A stretch of 60,277 nt of DNA from the NCBI GenBank assembly GCA_026025075.1, contig JAPEUI010000100.1:1-60277 (forward strand). Reading direction: 5' to 3'. A program made the translations under genes and the position numbers. Source of the DNA: Vezdaea acicularis (Eukaryota). Below, piece after piece: positions 53,001-60,277 of the stretch. Within the stretch, counting starts at the first letter, position 1; every line of letters starts with the position of its first letter. The notes below the pieces were generated by a model that searched no databases, was not told where the DNA came from, and worked only from the letters and a program-made list of their open reading frames with translations.

Positions 53001-53250
53001 TTTAGCTATGGAGGAGAGGTGACTGACGGGACTGCTGAGCTCCTTGCTGAGGCGGAGGCCTGTGGTGCTCAGGACGATGCTCTTTTGGTTTGATGAAGGG
53101 AAAATCTGATGGCTTGGTAACATTTACAGTGGATAATTTGGATTTTAGAGGACTAGGAGAACCGAATTGGGGCGTCGCAATACCCTTGGTCGATGCGAGT
53201 GGTTGGTTGTGAGCTGGGATTCCTTTTGGAGGCTCGCGTTCTATGGCCAT
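50065..53250 (-). CDS. SNF2-family ATPase (Rad5/16/Uls1-like subgroup) with a reduced RING; start approximate
   Basis: GGILADDMGLGKT, ILDEAH, CLTGTPMQN, RLRQACNHP, FSQFTSML, SLKCGSLGLNLTAASRV, EPFWNP|FVEEQAIDRVHR. Confidence 0.9.
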
Positions 53251-53907
53251 TGTTGGTAGACTGTCCACCGCTAGTGAAGCTCTATAAGGAACCTGAAATT
53301 AGACTATGTTTGTTTGGAACTGAGCTCCTTCACACTCTGCTGAGTGGTTCGAGCTAATTCCAATGCCGGGTGTTGCCACTTGCGATGCTTGGATGGCAGT
53401 GTGGAGCATGTGGAAGCGTTTTTAAAAGAAATAGTAGATCAAATGGGAGCTCAAGACTATACTGTCGCTGGACAATGTTGAGGAGTAAGAGCTAGATCTT
53501 TTGGATATGTGTACAGGCGGATTGTCTTGTTGTAGAGGCAACCGAATTTCTATGGCGAAGGTCAAACCTGAAGCACCGGAACCTTCAATGAATACAGGAG
53601 ACCAAACTTACCTCTATTTTCCCTTTTCCCAAACCAAATACTCAATCTTCCCAATCTTGAATTACAAAGGCTGAATGAATGACTAGACCATCTCTAGTGT
53701 GCACATCAGGTCCTTACCAAAGGAGTCTTGGAAGTCAGGCTACAGCGAAGCGAATGTTTACAACCTTATTTTGGCCAATCGAAATGTAGCACCAACCGAC
53801 ACGCGTGAACATGAGGGGAGCTCTTGAGCATTTCGGCATGGCTTTCAACTTAGCAACACTGTTGTACCTAGTGCACTTATCTTGGCGATTCAATTTCATC
53901 GCTGAAT

Positions 53908-55357
53908 TTATATAGTAGTCTGTGTCAAATGGGTATCTGTATCAACGCCTATTTTCCCTTTCACATTCCCACTTTCTGTAGAAGCCTTCTTCCTCTTGGC
54001 TTGAAACACTTTCTTCAACTTCTTCAGCCGCACCCAACGCTCCTCATCCCGCGCCAAACGAGCATTGGCATCTTCCTCAATGTTCTCGTCCTCAATACTG
54101 TAGGCCTCACTTGCCACATCAGACGTTCTGGGCTCCGATTCTTCTAGTAAGCGCTGCTGGCTCCTTAGCACACGTACTAGAATTTCCCACCCGGGCTGTC
54201 GGACTTGCAATATATCTTTCTTCGGTGTAGAGGATGAGCCCGCCTGCGAATCGGCATTGACCCAAGGACAATAGTCCCGATGCTCAGCGACGACGTCTAG
54301 ACGGTTCATCGAAGCTTCTCCTTCATCTACATCAACCGAAGAAATAAGTGGTCGAGAGAAAAGCCAGAGGCCAAGGCGACGAAAGCACGCGGCACAAGTC
54401 ACAAGGCCAGCGACGTGGCCTTCTTCTGCTTGCCAGCCAAGAAGCGCAAGTATAAGCGCTCCTTGGTTCGGGGCATCGACTTTACCCGTGATATTAGAAA
54501 CTAAGCTATCACAGGATGTAGCGGAATGCTCGCCTAGAGCCGGTGGATTTCGAAGAACAGCGTTGAAATCAGGACTTTCCGGGTGAGAGATATTTGTTGG
54601 AAGTGCGGAAGCTACTGATATTATCGATGCATATCGCGAACGAAGAGCAGCGAGCGATATGGCTGGCTGGTTTAGAGGTAAACGGTAGATGGCATCATCG
54701 CAGCCCCGTCGTTGCCAGAGACAATGCTCGTCATGCTCCGTAACCATCATCTCCACATAGCGATCGACAAGCTGCTCGTCTATGCCCGTATCAGCTGAAG
54801 CAGCAAGGGAAGATTACATAGAAAATCCACTTACAGGCGCTGATCTTCCATTCATCTCCCTCCTCATCTTCTGGCAGCCCCTCTGCCTGCTCAAGACTCA
54901 TTCGTGTCCTATCCTCGAGATTGATATAGACCTCCTTTCCACAACCACTGACGCACCCCACTCTCTCCCTACCAACACAGCTCCATCCTCTTTTTGCCCA
55001 CTGCACTTCGTTAGCCCTTGCGGGTTTCACGCTCCATTTGTCTACATGTCTAAATGTCTTCAACCGTCCTAGAAATTGACCCCTGTCCCACGGCGCGTAA
55101 TTGGGCAAAGACTGTTTTGCTGCAGGCACCTTGATGATTGATGACGCTGCTTGAGTCCCGGGCTCGGGTGTGCTTGCTATGGATTTGGCAGAGGCTATGA
55201 CCTCAGACGCTGGCCTGGCAAGCCGTCGCCTCTTGGTTTGCGACTCTAGGTTCGCCGGTAATGTCGTGCTCGATGCGTTATCCCTTGAATCTGATAGAGG
55301 TCGGTTGGTAGATAGAGATTCTAGGAGTCTTTGAAACTTGCGCTTAGATGCGTACAT
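53908..55357 (-). CDS. rsm1: C3HC zinc-finger mRNA export factor (Rsm1/NIPA/Pml39-like); intron 54780-54834
   Basis: YAPWDRGQFLGRLKTF, WAKRGWSC, HDEHCLWQRRGC, CAACFRRLGLW, EHRDYCPW. Confidence 0.85.
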
Positions 55358-55451
55358 TGCTGAAAAGCGACTCAAAGTTTATTTTCTTAAGAGATGTGTA
55401 GTCTTCGGTGTTGTTCTATACTTCGCGTAGCTTTTGAGCGCCTGTGAGTTT

Positions 55452-55499
55452 GGACCCGGATAGAATGCAGAGAAACTATCGCTTTAGCGCTGCGCCGTC
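55452..55499 (+). repeat. Left terminal inverted repeat of the MULE
   Basis: GGACCCGGATAGAATGCAGAGAAACTATCGCTTTAGCGCTGCGCCGTC. Confidence 0.95.
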
Positions 55500-55553
55500 G
55501 CTTTGACCCTTGCTGTATTTATGCAAATACTGAGCCTCCCCCTTCAAATCGAC

Positions 55554-55647
55554 GGGCGCGTGGCCCAGGGATTAGGGTGAGCGGTTGGCCGCTGCTCCTC
55601 GACCCCCTTGGTTGCGGGTTCAAATCCCGTACGGGTAGTTCTATTTT
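55554..55647 (+). ncRNA. tRNA-like Pol III cassette (A-box, B-box, T4 terminator); not a canonical tRNA
   Basis: TGGCCCAGGGATTAGG A-box/D-arm (GCCC/GGGT stem); AGCGG/CCGCT stem with only a 4-nt loop; T-arm GCGGG-TTCAAAT-CCCGT; TTTT at 55644-55647. No adjacent acceptor stem. Confidence 0.5.
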
Positions 55648-55873
55648 CAGGTCAAGCTGTCTCACCGTTCCGGCTAGGCTGGGTAAGACGGGTGAGTCAC
55701 TGTGGTAAATCAGGGGGGTGGGGTCCGCTATATAAGAAATTTCATTCATTTGAAATTTCTAACAACTGAAATATTTTTCAGTAGAAACTTTCTGGGGGCA
55801 AATAGAACTACCCACACGCCGTCGGTTTTTGAAAAATTTTTATAACCATTGTCAACCTAGCTCACTCAATACA

Positions 55874-57219
55874 ATGAATCTCAACCTGGAAATCGACGCT
55901 CTGCTTGCCACAGGCGCTTTTGACGACGTTCAGAGCAACAGCGGTCAGCGTCAAGAGGTGCGACGCCGTCTAATACGATGGAGACATAACGCAAAAGATA
56001 TAGAAACGATCATCAGCCCTATTACCTATAAAGATTTGAAGAAAACCTGGCGCAAGAAGGAACATTTCGAACTCGATCCCTCCCAATTGCCAAAGTTCAC
56101 GCGCATTACCAGCTCTAATATTCATCACCAAATCATCGACACGCATGGCAATCTTCTTGTCTACCGCTATCAAATACCCATGTCTTTTGTCGATAAGCTC
56201 TTGGAGACAACAAACAGTCTACCACCGGTTAAACCTGTTGAAGGTCCAAGATGTAATGACTGTACTAGCCCCTAGCTCCTATCAAGTCTTTTGGGATGAA
56301 TAAGGGGTAAGGAGGCTAGCTTCGCTTCAGCTTCGCTTCTGCTTCGCCTAGCCCCCTAGCACTTAGCATAAGGCCAGGTGGTCCTTAGATCACCTGACAT
56401 AGACGAGCGTAGCTATCAGAGCTGCCGCTTCCCTTAGGATAGCTCTTCAGCAATCAACTCATCTATTCATCTGAATAACTAGTAGGAAGACATCCTCGCT
56501 TTGCTTCGTCTGACCTTTCTCCTATCTTGCCTTACCTCGTCTTGCCTCGCCCCAGTACTATCACTGCACCTAGTCTTCGTCTGCAAGTTCTTGAGTCCTT
56601 GGGAGTTAGCTCACACGCCTACAGACCCTCGCTCCTTGACGAAGCACTGGCCTGTCCTTACACAAGAGGCAGCTTTATGGTACGCCATTATGCAGCATGG
56701 GCGGACTATATGCCGGAGCCAAAATCGAGCAAGGAATATCGCGATCAGCTACCGTATTCAAAGGAATTTCTCGATAACAATCAATCGTTATTCAATCGGC
56801 TATCAGATGATCTCCGTCTCATCTATCCTACCATGTACACCAAATATAAAAGCGTTCAAAAGTTCTATCCCGAAGGTGTACGCTCTCTTGCTGGAGTATG
56901 GCATGGTATTGCGGTTAATCAAGGACAAGATGATGCTGAAGGTACTGGAACCCATCAAGATTGGCAAGATTATTATTACGGATTTAACACTGTACTACCA
57001 TATGGTACTTACACTGGAGGCGCTCTTATTCTTTGGCAACTTGGTGTTATTTACGAACTTCAGCCAGGTGATGTGATAATGTTCTTTGGAGCTCTTATTG
57101 CGCATAACACAGAAGGGGTAACAGCTGGAGAAAGAAATTCAGTGGACTTGTTTGTGCATAAGAGCACTCTGGATTGGAAAAAGCGTTTGATGACAGGTAA
57201 ACAGGTATTTTCTAAATAG
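55874..57219 (+). pseudogene. TET/JBP-like 2OG-Fe(II) dioxygenase (about 309 aa when reconstructed), disrupted by a solo LTR
   Basis: Removing 56252-56667 fuses ..VEGPR|GSFMVRHY.. in frame. HxD (THQDWQD), GGALILWQLGVIYELQPGDVIMF, distal His (AHN) and RxS (ERNSV). TATATAA at about 55729. Confidence 0.8.
56252..56662. mobile_element. Solo LTR 1 (411 bp)
   Basis: Ends TGTAATGAC...GTCCTTACA (imperfect inverted repeat). 5-bp TSD CAAGA at 56247-56251 and 56663-56667. Confidence 0.9.
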
Positions 57220-57268
57220 ATCAAATAGTTAATCCTGATGTGGAGAAGAATAAAAGTTATTTGATGGT

Positions 57269-59814
57269 TTAATCCTGTTTATCTTCAACTATATCTAAGT
57301 TCATTGACTCCGGCAATAGTTTATCAACATTGACAAAACTTAGGTTTGGCTCCGATGCTATCAAATCTCTCACGCTATGTTGCATAAGAGGACCAGTTAC
57401 TTTGGATAAGCCATCAATCCAAGTGTTCACTACTGTTGCTGCAGTATCAGGTTCTAAGACACTTGCGGCTTCCTCTATTCGGTAATACGCAGAACGAAGA
57501 CTGTCTTGTACCTAAGCCAAATAGATAAGCTATTATGCCAACATGATGAAGAGTAAGATCATACCTCTCGCAACTTTAGTTTTCTCTGTTCGGGTGCTCC
57601 TATTATTCCGTGTACATCCGAATGGATAAAATCTCTTCTTAATAGTTAGCAGAGTTGGTGACAAAGCTATGTACTCACTTTGTCATGCTTTCATAAACTT
57701 CCATGCCGCTGTCCTCAAACATGAAGGTAAATAGTTTCCAATCAGAATCTTTTAAAACTCCATAGAGTAGCTCTTGCTGCCAGATATGCTGACATGGCAG
57801 TTGGTATTGTCTCCAGAACAAACAATCGCAGGTGACTTCCTCTCCAAAAGGCTTCATATCATCCGTATCAGTGGATTCTTTAGCAAGTCGCAACTGTTGT
57901 ACCATTAACAATTGCACAGGGTAAAGTAATTGACGCAGCGCAGGCCATTCAGCTATTTCTGAAACCATTTTGGTCCGAAAATCACGCTTTGCTTGGTCTG
58001 CGCGAGCTGCCCATTGACTGTTGACTTCAACTAAAGTTCTTAAAATTCCGCAAAGAGAAAAGCGAGAACGATTTGAAGCAGTGGCATATGTTTTTAAAGC
58101 ATTATGCCATGATTCTACAGAGTTTGTTGTGGTAACCTAAAGAGTTATGAGTAAAATTTGGACATTGGATGGAAAACATACTTGTAACAACAAGCACGAA
58201 TGAGTTCGGCTGTAATGTGCTCAAATCCGCTTAGTATCTGCCCATTCTTTTTGAATATACGCTTTCTCCTGTCTTGGAGCAGCTTGAATTGCGGCAGCAA
58301 TACTTTGATCGCAACCAAACTCTGTACGACGTGCACATAAGGCCGATAGTAGATGTTTTTGGGCTTCAGAAGAACTCTTTAGCCTACGGTTAAGCGTTCT
58401 CATTGAATGCACTCGACAAAGCAGATGTGTAACCTCTGTTTCACCATCTTCAAGCTTATAAAAAGCTTCTCGGATTGCTCTTTGCTCTACCGCTGAATCA
58501 TCTGTAATGATATAGCGCAGTCTCCAAGACCGACACCATTGTTTAATGGTTCGTAATCCTTGTGCAAGTACAAAAGAATCTTCCTTCCTACTGAAATTAG
58601 CTTTGTTGCAAATGGAAGCTTGAACTTACATTGTCAATAGATGCGCGCATGGCAACCAGGACCCATGCTCTGTGCGTACCATGATTGTGTGCAAAAACCA
58701 TTGTAAAGCATTCGTTTTATGTGTTGAATCCATTAAAGCAAGATGTCTGTCAGGGCACGAGTGTCCTAACACGTCAGGGCACTAGGCGTCCTGATATAGT
58801 ATGTGGATCAAAGAGTTGTATTTCTTCTATCTAGGAGGATACGCTATATATACGAGTCGTCACGTGCCAGTCACGACTGCCCGGTCAAGACAGCGCGGCA
58901 AGCGCTGTCTGTTGTAGAGCAGTCGCATACCGCATAGCGCTGCCCCTATAGGCAGGCGCTATACGAAGGCTGTCCATATTAGTATTGCTGCGTAGTTACC
59001 CCCTACCCCTGTATCCCGTCGCTACCCCCCTGCTCCCATATGCAGGTGTCCCACAACAATGTCCACGATATCGCAACATTTCAATATGAGCGGGCAAAGC
59101 AAAAACTAAACCTGGAGACTCTTCTCCGTCTGGTCGTATGCAATCAATGTTTTCAACAAACCAATCTATTTTTTCCAAATACTCTGCAGCTTCCATACGT
59201 TGTAACTGCCAAGGACTTTCATATCCAGATACTCGAAGGTCTGGTTTAGCTTTTCGAGCTGCTGCACCAGCATTTTTGACGTCGGTACGACTTAAAAATT
59301 CACCACCTGCTTCTTCAAGCTGACAACGTCCATTCGGGTCACGAGATAACCCTGTGATAGCTCTGAATATGGTGGCAGGTTCATATAAACGAGCACCTTC
59401 AATGGCAGCGATCTGCATAACTTTTGATGGTCGTTTGATAGCGTCTGAATGCCTTATATCATGACTGTGTAAGGGCTCGATGGTGTCTGTTTGCCTTGTT
59501 GCAGTATATAAAGAGGTTATTGGATCAAACATTATCTTCATCCGTGCACTGCAAGTTTTTCCTTGACGTCTAGATCGTACACGGATACTTTTACCTGTAC
59601 CTTGTAAGGGACAGGTTTTTCGTTGTAGTCTGCATAACCAATACTCAGTGTGACCGCCATTCTTTGTCTTTTCACATCTATTGCGGACCCAAACATTATC
59701 AACATAAGGCCAGTACTCTTCTTGTTCAGCCTTGCTCATTGTACAAGGGATTGAAAGCTCAAATAAACTCTCTCGCCATCTTGAAAGATCTTTTGGATTG
59801 TTGAGAAGAGTCAT
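57269..59814 (-). pseudogene. MULE transposase (FAR1/WRKY-like N-terminus, DDE domain, SWIM), disrupted by a solo LTR and a premature stop
   Basis: C..C..HSH N-terminal zinc domain; LALMDSTHKTN (after LTR removal); YIITDDSAVEQRA; LLCRVHSMR; VTTTNSVESWH; SWIM CDCLFWRQYQLPCQH. In-frame TGA at 58221-58223; several short introns. Confidence 0.88.
58748..59058. mobile_element. Solo LTR 2 (311 bp), apparently unrelated to LTR 1
   Basis: Ends TGTCAGGGCAC...GTGTCCCACAACA. 5-bp TSD ATGTC at 58743-58747 and 59059-59063. Removal restores RYRGH|LALMDSTH. Confidence 0.9.
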
Positions 59815-60102
59815 TGTTTAAGAACTACCTTGTTATGAGGATTTGGATGTATAAGAATATTGTCTGCAAAGAATCTATTCAGCAAGAGGATGACAGCTGT
59901 GACTACGTTCAATGATGCTGCATCAATGAGGCATCTTACAATCTCATGATGCACGTTAAGGGGTTTAGAAAAATGACGCTAAGCCTGAAGCGCACATCCA
60001 ATCTTAAAATATTCAAATAGGGTTAGACGCTGAGGCTGATGTTCATAATTGTGCTGCACAACTCAATGATTCAAAGCAGTTAGTCTACTGTGACTAACAT
60101 GA

Positions 60103-60150
60103 GACGGCGCAGCGCTAAAGCTTTAGTTTCTCTGCATTCTATCCGGGTCC
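60103..60150 (-). repeat. Right terminal inverted repeat of the MULE
   Basis: Reverse complement reads GGACCCGGATAGAATGCAGAGAAACTAAAGCTTTAGCGCTGCGCCGTC. Confidence 0.95.
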
Positions 60151-60277
60151 GTGAGTTTACGCTTGCATAACCTTAATACTATGCGCAAGGCTTGGACTAA
60201 TTGGGCGTAAGAGATGTCAGCGGCGTTTGCCAGAACTTTGTATCTAAATACATCACTCGGCCGGATCTCGACCACAT

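Larger units (their letters stand above)
55452..60150. mobile_element. Complete Mutator-like (MULE) DNA transposon carrying a TET/JBP-like dioxygenase; contains two nested solo LTRs
   Basis: 48-bp TIRs (46/48 identical) at 55452-55499 and 60103-60150. Identical 8-bp flanks GTGAGTTT at 55444-55451 and 60151-60158. Internal MULE transposase. Confidence 0.93.

Noticed and set aside
55554..55637. Functional tRNA gene
   Set aside because: No 7-nt anticodon loop and no contiguous acceptor stem.
55633..55813. 14-bp inverted repeat as an independent MITE
   Set aside because: No convincing TSD (only AC); better treated as part of the structured cassette.
59821..59829. AGAACTACC matching part of the 14-bp inverted repeat, just upstream of the transposase ATG
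   Set aside because: Only 9 bp, so chance cannot be excluded; the true TIR lies at 60103-60150.

Overview
Eukaryotic DNA from a filamentous ascomycete fungus (short GT-AG introns with CTRAC/CTAAC branch sites; Pezizomycotina-type genes). From left to right the window contains: an M20 peptidase; ornithine aminotransferase; GPI10; an MFS (ACS-type) permease; an accessory stretch with a patatin-NACHT-26x ankyrin NLR-like gene, a Cdc25/Acr2-like rhodanese and an MFS pseudogene; about 7 kb of non-coding DNA ahead of a Seb1/MsnA-type C2H2 factor; then Dph6, HP1, CCT5, a secreted Cys-rich repeat protein, Rad4/XPC, a BTB-ankyrin-RCC1 protein, a SNF2 ATPase and Rsm1. The most notable object is a complete Mutator-like (MULE) DNA transposon at 55452-60150, with 48-bp TIRs and an 8-bp TSD (GTGAGTTT). 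Besides its transposase it carries a TET/JBP-like 2OG-Fe(II) dioxygenase gene and a tRNA-like, hairpin-rich cassette. Each of its two genes is split by a different solo LTR with a 5-bp TSD, which hides the system from ORF calling. All product calls come from motif recognition by eye; no database searches were run.
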